Positions 42,465 to 51,904 of a stretch of DNA of 64,000 bases are shown in pieces. Source of the stretch: Candidatus Bathyarchaeota archaeon (lineage in GTDB: Archaea; Thermoproteota; Bathyarchaeia; Bathyarchaeales; Bathycorpusculaceae). The position numbers and the translations under genes were made by a program. The stretch spans positions 1-64,000 of the forward strand of contig CAWGZR010000006.1 of assembly GCA_963827165.1 (NCBI GenBank), given 5' to 3'. Under the pieces are notes generated by a model. That model worked only from the letters and a program-made list of their open reading frames with translations. It was not told the DNA's origin and made no database searches. Positions within the stretch are counted from its first letter, which is position 1. The number at the start of each line of letters is the position of its first letter.

Positions 42465-43568
42465 CTACTTCTTTCTTTTCATTGCCTGCGGAACATAGCC
42501 ACACCGCAGATCTGAACCCAAAATATCTCCAGTGTAATAAAGCGCTGCTGACCGACAACCGCCGCAGATATCCTTGTATTCGCAAACGCCGCATTTGCCT
42601 TTGATTTTGGTTTTATCTTTAACTTCAGCGAAAAACTCACTATTCTGCATCCCCTGCCAAATCTGCTCAAGAGACTCATCCCGAACGTTTCCAAGCCGGT
42701 AGGCGTCGTTGTAGCTGCAGGGTATGGCGTCGCCGTTTTCTGCTACGCTGAAGAATTTGCCGAAGAAGCATCTACCCAAAAAGAAGGTGTTGTACCAGTT
42801 TTCGAAGTCAGGCATGCCCCGTTGCTTCGCCACCCGCGCATAAAAAGGAATGTAAATGTTGATTCCAGGTTTCCCGTTGTATTCCAAGGTTAAATCATAA
42901 AGTTGATTGCATACCCACTCGTATTGTTGCGGCGTCAGGTCTGCACGCAGGGTTTTTTTGTCTTTGCTGTATGGGATGAACCCGTGAAACACAACCCACC
43001 GAGCGTTGTATTTGCGGGCTAAATCAAGGACATGACGCATGTCTTCCACGTCTGCGTTGGTGATTGGATCAGCGTTCGCGAAGGTGTAGACAAGACAGTT
43101 TAGAAGTTTCGCCTCTGAAAACATTTTTATGGCGGAAACAGCAGCCGCGTAAGCGCCGCTTCCTCGAATTGCGTCGTCTGTTTTTTCTGAGCCGTCGATG
43201 CTAACTGAAACTTTAACTTGATATTTGACGATGTTTTCTGCGGCTTCTTTATCCATCATGCGCCCGTCGGTTATGATGCTAGCGTTCAAACCGAGCTCTT
43301 TCGCATGGGCGATAACTTGGAAAAGGTCCTTTCGCAAAAACACCTGTCCGCCTGTGACGCCGAAGAAGCTTGCCCCGAAATCAGAGACTTGATCAACCAT
43401 TTTCAACGCAGCTGCGGTGTCAAGTTCGTTTGGAACCGCTGATTTACCAGCGGATGTACAGTGGACGCAGTTGCTGTCACATTGAAAGGTGCATCGCCAA
43501 GGAACAATGAATAAAGGTCCTTTTTCTTTCACGTTTTGCTTCTCCAAGATATTCATTATTGCATGCAA
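42465..43568 (-). CDS. Radical SAM/SPASM domain protein (NirJ/Ahb-like)
   Basis: CDSNCVHC, VSIDG, and SPASM cysteines C...PC...KCGVCEYKDICGGCRS...C. Confidence 0.88.
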   Translation of the reverse strand: MHAIMNILEKQNVKEKGPLFIVPWRCTFQCDSNCVHCTSAGKSAVPNELDTAAALKMVDQVSDFGASFFGVTGGQVFLRKDLFQVIAHAKELGLNASIITDGRMMDKEAAENIVKYQVKVSVSIDGSEKTDDAIRGSGAYAAAVSAIKMFSEAKLLNCLVYTFANADPITNADVEDMRHVLDLARKYNARWVVFHGFIPYSKDKKTLRADLTPQQYEWVCNQLYDLTLEYNGKPGINIYIPFYARVAKQRGMPDFENWYNTFFLGRCFFGKFFSVAENGDAIPCSYNDAYRLGNVRDESLEQIWQGMQNSEFFAEVKDKTKIKGKCGVCEYKDICGGCRSAALYYTGDILGSDLRCGYVPQAMKRKK

Positions 43569-43710
43569 GATTATGCTATTTAACGCTTCACGTTTTCGTC
43601 TTATTTTTTCAAGTTCGGGTTCTGCCTCAACGAATGGAAAAGTTAATGATGAATTCCATAAAGGTTATAACTTTTTTCGGTATAACTAGATTGGAGAAGG
43701 CGAAAGGAGA

Positions 43711-43884
43711 ATGGATGAAGAAAGGCTGATTAGTGCAAGCCCGCAAAACTGCAGCCATCAAGAGCGGCAATTGTACACTGAAAGGTTTTTTGACATACTA
43801 AACGGTTTCGAGTTAACCTTTACGCGTTGCCCCAGCTGCCACAAAACTGTGAGTTTAGAAGCAAAAAAACTGAAAGAGGGCTAA
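43711..43884 (+). CDS. 57-aa zinc-ribbon-like microprotein (below the ORF-track cutoff)
   Basis: AGGAGA immediately before the ATG. Sequence MDEERLISASPQNCSHQERQLYTERFFDILNGFELTFTRCPSCHKTVSLEAKKLKEG with CxH and CxxC. Confidence 0.65.
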   Translation: MDEERLISASPQNCSHQERQLYTERFFDILNGFELTFTRCPSCHKTVSLEAKKLKEG

Positions 43885-43901
43885 AGCTTCAGATTGTGCC
43901 G

Positions 43902-44303
43902 CTATTTCTTTTCGTAAACGTAAAGGGTGCCTGCTTTAAGTAGATCTAAGGTTCGCTGTGTTTGGCCAATTGAAAGCTTGCATGTTTTAGGGTCGGATAG
44001 GAAGGGGAGCTTTTCAGGCGCGTTTTGGATGATATGAAGGTCCTCCCATGTTACTTTGATGTCATCGTAGGGGTATTGATGTTCTTCGTTTTCAACCCAG
44101 GTGCCTGCATCGAGCTCGTCGCCTTCCTCCAAGGTGGTGAAGGGTCCAAGCAGACTCTTGTCGTCGGAGTTGTAGAGGAAGACTACGGATCCAGTCTTCA
44201 GCTCTTCCGGTTTGGCTTTCTCACCCGTACACATGTAACGTTTCTGACTGATACACTGCTGCAAAGAAGATTTATCGCAGAAAAACACATATCCATCATA
44301 CAT
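43902..44303 (-). CDS. DCD-domain-like (PUA/EVE superfamily) protein
   Basis: GYVFFC...LQQC......ELKTGSVVFLYN.DDK.LLGPF resembles the DCD consensus GYIF.C...EC...IKPG..LFLYN....L.G.F. Start placed at MYDGY. Confidence 0.6.
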   Translation of the reverse strand: MYDGYVFFCDKSSLQQCISQKRYMCTGEKAKPEELKTGSVVFLYNSDDKSLLGPFTTLEEGDELDAGTWVENEEHQYPYDDIKVTWEDLHIIQNAPEKLPFLSDPKTCKLSIGQTQRTLDLLKAGTLYVYEKK

Positions 44304-44494
44304 AATTAACAGAACCTCTACAAATTCAAGTCCGTCGGCGCTTATTTCCTTTTTCCTTCCAACCTTCTTAATTTTCAAGACTCGCAGTTCATTAAGCAAG
44401 AGATTTGGTTGAATTAACAGGATGTTTAGCCTTTTTGTTGCCATGATTGTTATTAAGAACGATTTTTAATCCTTTAGCATTCGAAGAGAGAAAA

Positions 44495-45016
44495 ATGGAG
44501 AAAATCAAGTCACTAATAATCGCTGCATTGGCAATCGTTATTTTGGGTGCATTTTTCATTTCCACAGCTTTTGCATCTGATTCCACAGGCTTTAGCCTTG
44601 CTCTTTCTTCAAATCAGATACAGTATAAGATTCCTGCGGGAACTATGTTTAACGGTACAGTCGCCACCTCAGGCTGGGTTCGCGTCTGGGTTACTGAGCC
44701 CAGCGGAGGCGAAATCGTCAACTTAGGCATAATAGAAAAAACAACCAGTTTCGGCTTTATAGCGCAGCAAAACGGAACCTACACATTCAACTTCGAAAAC
44801 GACCTGCCCAACACAATCACAGTAACCTTCACCTACACCTCAAACCCACAGTTGCCAGACACTAATGCAGGAATACCACTAACATACATAATCTTCGTAG
44901 GAACTGTAGCCGTCGTTGGAAGCCTTCTGATATTCTTTGGGATTCGGCGCAAAACCAAAAAAGTGATGGCTGCCTACAAAAAAGCAGAATCTGCTAAGTC
45001 AAACGCCGCCAGTTAA
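44495..45016 (+). CDS. Single-pass membrane protein with a GOLD/emp24-like domain
   Basis: Signal peptide, V.V.V..P.G, F.F.A...GTYTFNFEN, C-terminal TM helix followed by RRK. Confidence 0.6.
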   Translation: MEKIKSLIIAALAIVILGAFFISTAFASDSTGFSLALSSNQIQYKIPAGTMFNGTVATSGWVRVWVTEPSGGEIVNLGIIEKTTSFGFIAQQNGTYTFNFENDLPNTITVTFTYTSNPQLPDTNAGIPLTYIIFVGTVAVVGSLLIFFGIRRKTKKVMAAYKKAESAKSNAAS

Positions 45017-46401
45017 GGTTTGCTTAAATCTTGCTTTTTACGGTGGATGGCTGCCACTGTTGCGTTCACGTTTTTTTCTTCTACAACCAGTATGATCTGA
45101 GATGTGTGCGGGGCGAAAACTCCTCGCTTAATGTTGATTCCCTCAAGCGAACTAATTGCCATAGAAGCGACACCCGGCGAATCCTTCATCCTATCGCCAA
45201 TCAAAGTCACTACGCCCAAGCCATATTCAAGTCTCATTTTCTCGTCAAACCTCTTTAGCTTCTCCTCGTTTTTTCTAAGGAATTCTGCGTCTAAGAAGAG
45301 AAAATCACGGATTCGCTCACCCGTCTCAAGAGCTTCAGCGCCCAAATCCAAAAAGTCGTTCCTCCGCTCCCAAATCCGAAGTAAATCTTCAAGCGATCTG
45401 CTTTTCTCATCGTTCATCGTTAAAATTGCGCAGCCTGATTTACCCGTTAAGCATTTGACGACTTCTTCGTCGGTTGTTTCCGCCTCAATCGCTGAGTACA
45501 TTTCAGGTTCATCAATGGGCACTACCCGAAGCGGCTGCCTAAAGCGTCTGGCCATGGCTATGGCGGGGCTCTGCACGATCTTCATGCCCATCATCGAGGC
45601 TTTATGCGCTTCGTTGTAGGTTAACGCTTTGACATGCTCAGTTTTCTGTCCCTTCACAACTTTGGGGTCAGCGCTCTGCAGAGGCACGTCTTTGTAGAGG
45701 AGCGTTTGGGTATTGTAGATGTCTTTGAGCACGCAGGAGATGAAAACCGCTGTTAAATCTGATCCGCCTCTTCCCAAAACCGTTTCTAACCCATCGGATG
45801 TCATGCCTAAAAAGCCCGCTAAACAAAGGATTTTACCGTCTTCCAAAGGTCCAAGCAACGTGTGAACCCTTTTTTTGCTCTGCGCAACATGGGGCACGGC
45901 GTCCTCGAAATTGTCGTCCGTCACAATCGGCCACTCCTCCAAGGAAACATTGCAAGAATCTAAACCGTTGCTTCTCAAAATGTGAGCCATCAGAGAAGCC
46001 ATGGCAACTTCCCCGCCGAAAGTTAGAATTCTCGCTTTGACGTTGCCGCTGAACCGTTTATTAACTGAGTCAAGAGTGGCCTGCGTCAACGATTCAAAAT
46101 TAGACAAATCCGCCATAGCCTGCTCATGGAGCTCTTCGCTGACAAAATCCTTTGTCAATCGCCTGTAAACTTCGAAAACTGGTGCAAGGGGGAGAGCACA
46201 TAACTGCGCATAGGATCCTCCGATGTTTATAAGTGCATCAGTTGTGCCCATGGGAGCCGAAAAAACGATAATTGGACCGAACCCGTCTTTGGAACGGATC
46301 TCGCGTACGCGTTTTATGATTTTGGGGATTCCTTTCCCTTCGACATCCAAAAGACTGCCGCCAAACTTCGCTACTGAAAGAGACTTGAAACCGCATTCCA
46401 C
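45013..46401 (-). CDS. lysC: Aspartate kinase
   Basis: Motifs VAKFGGS, FSAPMGTTD.L, GE, LGRGGSD.TA, SADPKVV, and a C-terminal ACT domain (VTLIG..M..SPGVA). Confidence 0.88.
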   Translation of the reverse strand: MECGFKSLSVAKFGGSLLDVEGKGIPKIIKRVREIRSKDGFGPIIVFSAPMGTTDALINIGGSYAQLCALPLAPVFEVYRRLTKDFVSEELHEQAMADLSNFESLTQATLDSVNKRFSGNVKARILTFGGEVAMASLMAHILRSNGLDSCNVSLEEWPIVTDDNFEDAVPHVAQSKKRVHTLLGPLEDGKILCLAGFLGMTSDGLETVLGRGGSDLTAVFISCVLKDIYNTQTLLYKDVPLQSADPKVVKGQKTEHVKALTYNEAHKASMMGMKIVQSPAIAMARRFRQPLRVVPIDEPEMYSAIEAETTDEEVVKCLTGKSGCAILTMNDEKSRSLEDLLRIWERRNDFLDLGAEALETGERIRDFLFLDAEFLRKNEEKLKRFDEKMRLEYGLGVVTLIGDRMKDSPGVASMAISSLEGINIKRGVFAPHTSQIILVVEEKNVNATVAAIHRKKQDLSKP

Positions 46402-46503
46402 CTAACAAGAGAAGGCAACCGAACTCTCGCTTTAATAATTTTCTGACACTCTGCCATAGTTTTTTTCGCAAGAGAAAGGATCTGCAATTTTTGTTTGGCT
46501 GTT

Positions 46504-46602
46504 TTATGTTTCTTCCGGAGGGGCCCGACGGAGGGTCATTGTGAATGCGAGGTCGGTGCAATTCGTGAATATGGAAACGCAAGAACTTCGAGCACACGTC
46601 AT
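46504..46602 (-). other. Candidate 32-aa upstream ORF with a RAPP motif (MTCARSSCVSIFTNCTDLAFTMTLRRAPPEET)
   Basis: Hand translation. ATG-to-TAA ORF ending about 100 bp upstream of the aspartate kinase gene, same strand. Confidence 0.35.
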
Positions 46603-47050
46603 TGCTTAAGCTTTCAGGTTCAAAGTGACAAAAAGGTTCAAACTATTGCCAGATATGTCCTGTTTGCCTTGTTTTTCGCTTTCGCGGAGGTATGTCAAGC
46701 ATACTGGCATCGCTTCCGTTGGTTTGGTGCTTGGGTTTTTCTGTAGTTGTGTTGTACTGTTCATGTGTTACACTTCTATACACTTTGTGTAGTAAGTCGT
46801 AATATAAAACATTATTTTATTTTTTGACATATATCGAAAACCGACACATCAATCCCAAATAGAAACGCAAAAATCTGCAAAATTGCCGTCCTGCAAAACC
46901 CTGAAAATGCAATTGTTACTTTGTTTTGGTTCGGTTGGGCTTTGTTTAGTTTATGTGTATTTTTGAAGAACAAATATTCAGGTATATCGCCTCTCAATAA
47001 TGTTTATTAAGTCTTAATATACCATGCATTTTGATTAGGAGCGAAACAAA

Positions 47051-47506
47051 GTGACACTAGCAAAAGCAAAGTTAACAATAATCCTCTTGGTAATAGCAGC
47101 ATTCGCAGCGGCAGGAATAACCTACGCAGCCATAACCATCAATCAAAACATACCCTCCGGAGGAACAATCACGGCGGGCCCAAACGTAGGAATCTACTCA
47201 AACAACCAGTGCACAAATTCAATTTCCACAATAAACTGGGGATCCATAGAAGCAGGAGGCAGCGCCCAACAGATAGTTTACGTTGAAGACACGGGCGGCA
47301 GCGCCATGACTTTAAGCATAACCATAAGCAACTGGAGCCCCTTAGCCGCCAGCACCTACATGACCCTAACATGGAATGGACAAGGAACACAAATCCAACC
47401 AGGAGCCAACAACGCTTTAGCCGTCACGTTTACTTTGAACGTGTCACCCAGTATAACAGGCATCTCAAGTTTTAGCAACTCAATCACTATATCGGGGACA
47501 GGCTAA
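47051..47506 (+). CDS. Small secreted beta-rich protein (paralog of 51905-52393)
   Basis: Signal peptide. VGIY....CT.....I.WG.IEAG......VY....G...LS...SNW.P......YM.L.WN..G is shared with the paralog. Confidence 0.8.
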   Translation: MTLAKAKLTIILLVIAAFAAAGITYAAITINQNIPSGGTITAGPNVGIYSNNQCTNSISTINWGSIEAGGSAQQIVYVEDTGGSAMTLSITISNWSPLAASTYMTLTWNGQGTQIQPGANNALAVTFTLNVSPSITGISSFSNSITISGTG

Positions 47507-47791
47507 AAGGCTCCGACCAATCTCTTTTTTGTCCATTCAAATGAATTAATTTGAAATGTTGAATAAAGTTCATGCATTGCTTCCAGGCACCGGTTTTTGT
47601 TCATTTGGTTTCCGATTTAATTCGCAGGGAGAATTCTCTTAGGAATTTTGCCCATTAGAAGGACAGAAAACTCATCAGAACAATTTGAAGGTTTTAGCGT
47701 TTTTGTATGGAATACTCAAACCGTGATACTCAAACTAACATAGAATCGCTTTGAAACTTTTGATGATCGCGCAAGGGGAGGATTTTGACAC

Positions 47792-47930
47792 TGGAAATCC
47801 TGCAAATTCTTTTGTTTGTGTTTTGGGTTGCTTTTTTGATTTAGGGCTTGGATCGGTTGCAGGTTGAGTCTACTAAAGTCAACTATAGTCAATAAAAGTC
47901 TACTAAAGTCAACAAACGTCAGTAAAACTC
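47792..47930 (-). repeat. Dispersed element copy D: six 10-bp units (GACTTTAGTA) plus anchor
   Basis: TACTAAAGTC-like units at 47871-47930. Anchor is 51/60 identical to copy A, including exact CAAAAAAGCAACCCAAAACACAAACAAAA. Confidence 0.9.
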
Positions 47931-48199
47931 AAAAGATTAAGCAAGGACCAATTTGGGAGTGACTGAGCCGACCGTCAGCCCAGCGGTTAACCTTCATTAC
48001 GCCTCCTTATGGCCTCTTCAGATACTCAAATCCTTGAAACGCCTTACGAGTTGGTCTTTCCTTCCTAGTGCACCTGCAACTTTTGGTTCAATACTTATTC
48101 GACGATTTCGACTTAAAAAACTAAATATTGTTTTTACATCATAAACATCCGAGTAAAAAGAGCTATTAGGTGAAGCATTGGGCATATTTCAAATTGTAA

Positions 48200-51100
48200 T
48201 TACGCCTCATCAGGTTTTCGTCTTAAACGTCTAACTGCTACTACTGTGTATATCAAAACGATTTCTGGAACAGTCAAGCCAACTGCAAGGAAGGGTGATA
48301 TTGATTTGCCTTTTGTTTCTAAAGGCGCTCCAAACTGTATTGATACTTGATGTGTGCTGAAATGAGTCGTATACCACACATAATAGTTGCTGGTATCTTT
48401 TGTGTTGCCTTGGTTTTGGGCAATTTGACCGTCGATGTAGATTGTTGGTGTAGTTCCATAGGGCACTGAAATTTTCGGGATAGTAATGTTACTGAAGCCT
48501 GTTGTTCCACTTACGCCTGTTACAGTAAAAGAAACTGTAGTCGTCGTGGCAGACTGGTTTGTTGTGATTGCAATGTTGGTCATTTGTGAACTGGTAATGT
48601 TTCCGCTGATTCCTAGATCGACTTTTGCGCCACTAGATGTCGTTGCTGTCACATATTCTGTGGGTGTTGGGGTGGGAGTGGTTTTGGGTTTAGGTGTTGC
48701 GGTAGGGGTTGACGTTGAGGGAGGAGGAGTTGGCGTTGAAGTTGAATTTGGAGAATTCACGGTAATCGAGACAGCGTTAGAAGTAAACGTAATCGGTACA
48801 GAAGCGCTATCAGCTACCTTGCAAGTAATCGAATGCGAAGATCCCGTAGCAGTATAAGAATAAGTTGCACTATCAGTGCCAACCGCAGTAACGTCCTCAT
48901 ACCACTGGTAGTGAACAACACCAGAACCGCCACTAGCCGAAGCCGTGAATGTCTCGGTCTGACCTGCATCTAAAGTAATTGGACCAACAGGCGTGATGCT
49001 AACCGTTGGCGAAGTATTAACAGTAACATTCGCCGCAGTAGACGGAGCCGAAGTCAAACCTGAACTATCAGTAACCGTTACAGTGATCAAGTAAGAACCC
49101 GCAGACCCAGGAACAAAACTAAATGTCGACGCAATCGCGCCAGTTTGGGCAGAACCATCAACATACCATTGATAACTTTTGTAACTGCCTGAACCGCCGC
49201 CAGGAGTAGCTGAGAAAGTATTGTTCTGACCGATATCCATAGTCCAGGAAGAAGGTGACACAGCAACAGACAGAGTAGCATTCACCGTTATCCCAGTTAG
49301 GGAACCAGTGATCGAGTTAGTGACTGTGTCTGTGGCAGTAATCGATTGTAAACCAGCAGTCTTCAAAGTTACTGTGAAAGAGCCAACACCACTCACAAGA
49401 CCAGCATTCGCAGGCAAAACCGCCTTACTATCACTAGAAGTGATCTTAACCGTACCCGCATAACTCGTAACCGTATTGTTATATGCATCCTTAGCAGTCA
49501 CCGTAAAACTGTGAGCAACACCAGCCACAGTAGAACTAGGAAACCCAGAAACCACAAAACTCGCAACACCGGCTACATTCACTGTTATGTCATTTTGAAG
49601 GCCAGTAATCGAACTAGTCACCGTGTCCGTAGCCGTAATAGACTGAGAACCAACGGTTTCCAAAACAACACTGAAAGAACCAGTACCATCCGTAAGAACA
49701 GAATTCAGAGGTAAAACCGCTTTGCTATCACTCGTTGTAATCGCGACCGTGCCAGCATAGCCCGTAGCAACGTTACCAGACATGTCGTAAACCGTAACCT
49801 TAACAGTGTGAGCGACACCGGCAACGGTGGGACTCGGGAAACCAGAAACCACAAAATAATCACCAGATGCAGCACTCACCAGTATTCCACTCTGAGAACC
49901 GGTAATCGAACTAGTCACCGTGTCCGTAGCCGTAATAGATTGAGAACCAGCAGTCTTCAAAGTTACTGTGAAAGAGCCAACACCACTCACAAGACCAGCA
50001 TTCGCAGGCAAAACCGCCTTACTATCACTAGAAGTGATCTTAACCGTACCCGCATAACTCGTAACCGTATTGTTATATGCATCCTTAGCAGTCACCGTAA
50101 AACTGTGAGCAACACCAGCCACAGTAGAACTAGGAAACCCAGAAACCACAAAATGCGTAGCAGAACCAGGATTCACCGTCAAAGAGGCAGGAGAACCAGA
50201 AGCACCATTATAGTTAGTATCACCAGTATAAACCACATCAAACTGGTAACTGCCAGTAGTCAAAGGAGTATAGGTCGCAGAAGCAGAACCACTGCTCAAA
50301 GATACCGCAGAACCAATATTGGAAAAACCGCCGCTGCCAATTTCCACCTGAAAAGTCACATTTCCAGTAGGAGTAGCACCGCTACCGGAAACAGTAACCG
50401 ACAACGACACAGAAGTTTCCACAGTAGTAGAACCTGAAGGACTCAAAGTCGGAACAGGAACTGTTGCGGTCGCCTTATTAACCGTTAAAGTTCCAGAGGC
50501 AAGACCGGTGCCTGGAACATAGTTGCTGTCGCCTTGATACACAGCCTCAAAACTATAGGTGGTTGGAATCAAAGGAGTGTACTGAACGGACACAGAGTTG
50601 CCTGATAGCGGAATCGCAGTGCCAAAATTGGCATAGGAACTGCCATTAATAGAAACTTGGAACTGCACATCACCAGTCGGAGCCGTAATGCCACCAGAAC
50701 CGGTAACAGTAGCTGAAACCATAACAGAAGCACCCAAAATAATCGGACTAGCAGGAGTAAAGGTTGCAGCACCAATCGTTGCCGTCGCCTCATTCACTGC
50801 TAAAGTTCCAGAAGCACCACCACTAATGGCAGAAAGATAATTGCTGTCGCCCTCATACACAGCCTTGAAAGTGTAAGTAGTTGCAGTTGAAGGAGTGTAG
50901 GAAGTGGAAGCTAAGCTTCCTGACAATACAACTGGTGAACCAAAAGCGGCATAGGAACTGCTGTTAATTGAAACTTGGAACTGCACATCACCAGTCGGAG
51001 CCGTAACCTCTGCTGGACCTGTAACAGTGGCTGAAACCATAACAGAAGCACCCAAAGCAATTGGGCTAATAGGAGAAAATGTTGCAGCGCCCACTGTAGC

Positions 51101-51508
51101 CGTCGCTTGGTTAACAGTCAAAGGTGTCGGATCGCTAGTATTCTCTTCATAAATGCTATCGCCGTTATAAATTACGTCAAACTGGTAATTGCCAGCAACC
51201 AAAGGAGTATAAGTTGTGGTGGCATAAGCATCACTGTTCAAATTAACCGCAGAACTGATATTGGAGTAAGCCCCACCGCCAATTTCCATCTGAAAAGTTA
51301 CGGTCCCAGAAGGAATACTCATTTGACCGGAAACAGTAACGGATAACGACACAGAAGTACCAAGAGCAGTGGAACCCGAAGGATTCAAAGTTGGCGCAGA
51401 AACCGTCGGCTGAAGCAGAGCTTTGGTCTGCATACTTGTCAATGCGAAAATTGATGCCGAAATTAGAAATGCGATTATTAGGATTTGTATTTTTTTCATG
51501 TTTTTCAT
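48200..51508 (-). CDS. Large membrane-anchored surface protein with Ig-like repeats
   Basis: Signal peptide, repeated TG.V.FQ...Y.F.A.Y.GD.NY and FVVSGFPS...FTVTAKDAYNN modules, PKD-like YQWY modules, Pro/Thr linker, C-terminal TM helix plus RRLRRK. Confidence 0.88.
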   Translation of the reverse strand: MKNMKKIQILIIAFLISASIFALTSMQTKALLQPTVSAPTLNPSGSTALGTSVSLSVTVSGQMSIPSGTVTFQMEIGGGAYSNISSAVNLNSDAYATTTYTPLVAGNYQFDVIYNGDSIYEENTSDPTPLTVNQATATVGAATFSPISPIALGASVMVSATVTGPAEVTAPTGDVQFQVSINSSSYAAFGSPVVLSGSLASTSYTPSTATTYTFKAVYEGDSNYLSAISGGASGTLAVNEATATIGAATFTPASPIILGASVMVSATVTGSGGITAPTGDVQFQVSINGSSYANFGTAIPLSGNSVSVQYTPLIPTTYSFEAVYQGDSNYVPGTGLASGTLTVNKATATVPVPTLSPSGSTTVETSVSLSVTVSGSGATPTGNVTFQVEIGSGGFSNIGSAVSLSSGSASATYTPLTTGSYQFDVVYTGDTNYNGASGSPASLTVNPGSATHFVVSGFPSSTVAGVAHSFTVTAKDAYNNTVTSYAGTVKITSSDSKAVLPANAGLVSGVGSFTVTLKTAGSQSITATDTVTSSITGSQSGILVSAASGDYFVVSGFPSPTVAGVAHTVKVTVYDMSGNVATGYAGTVAITTSDSKAVLPLNSVLTDGTGSFSVVLETVGSQSITATDTVTSSITGLQNDITVNVAGVASFVVSGFPSSTVAGVAHSFTVTAKDAYNNTVTSYAGTVKITSSDSKAVLPANAGLVSGVGSFTVTLKTAGLQSITATDTVTNSITGSLTGITVNATLSVAVSPSSWTMDIGQNNTFSATPGGGSGSYKSYQWYVDGSAQTGAIASTFSFVPGSAGSYLITVTVTDSSGLTSAPSTAANVTVNTSPTVSITPVGPITLDAGQTETFTASASGGSGVVHYQWYEDVTAVGTDSATYSYTATGSSHSITCKVADSASVPITFTSNAVSITVNSPNSTSTPTPPPSTSTPTATPKPKTTPTPTPTEYVTATTSSGAKVDLGISGNITSSQMTNIAITTNQSATTTTVSFTVTGVSGTTGFSNITIPKISVPYGTTPTIYIDGQIAQNQGNTKDTSNYYVWYTTHFSTHQVSIQFGAPLETKGKSISPFLAVGLTVPEIVLIYTVVAVRRLRRKPDEA
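49351..50153. repeat. Exact 209-bp intragenic direct repeat (49351-49559 = 49945-50153)
   Basis: Base-by-base comparison. Offset is 594 bp (in frame). Confidence 0.9.
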
Positions 51509-51904
51509 TTTGTTGCTTCTTTTTGACTTAGAATATGACTAATTATCATTAAAGATAAAGCTATTTCCAATTTCGTAATATTGTCTAACACATTTAAACT
51601 TTAAGATTCGAGTGCAGAAAATGAAGATGAAACGACCTTGACGATTAAACTAATGGTTGAGCTTGTCTGTTTATAATGTGAAGCTTGCCTATGAGGCGAT
51701 GACGAGGTATAGAATAGGTTTTTTATGGAAGTAAGATTAAGTCTGCTTGTGCATTATTGAAAAGTCTTGGATAGGAAATCGGTAGGTTTCTTTTGTGGTT
51801 AATTCAGAGAGAGCAGCAGGGTTTTGTGGTTGTGCTGGTGAAGTCACATTCGTTTATAACACAGTCCATATTGTATATTATGACATACGACTGAGGTCTT
51901 TTGA

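Noticed and set aside
42465-43884. Radical SAM/SPASM gene plus small Cys peptide as a RiPP cluster
   Set aside because: The peptide is divergently transcribed and looks like a zinc ribbon. No RRE domain, transporter or peptidase is adjacent.
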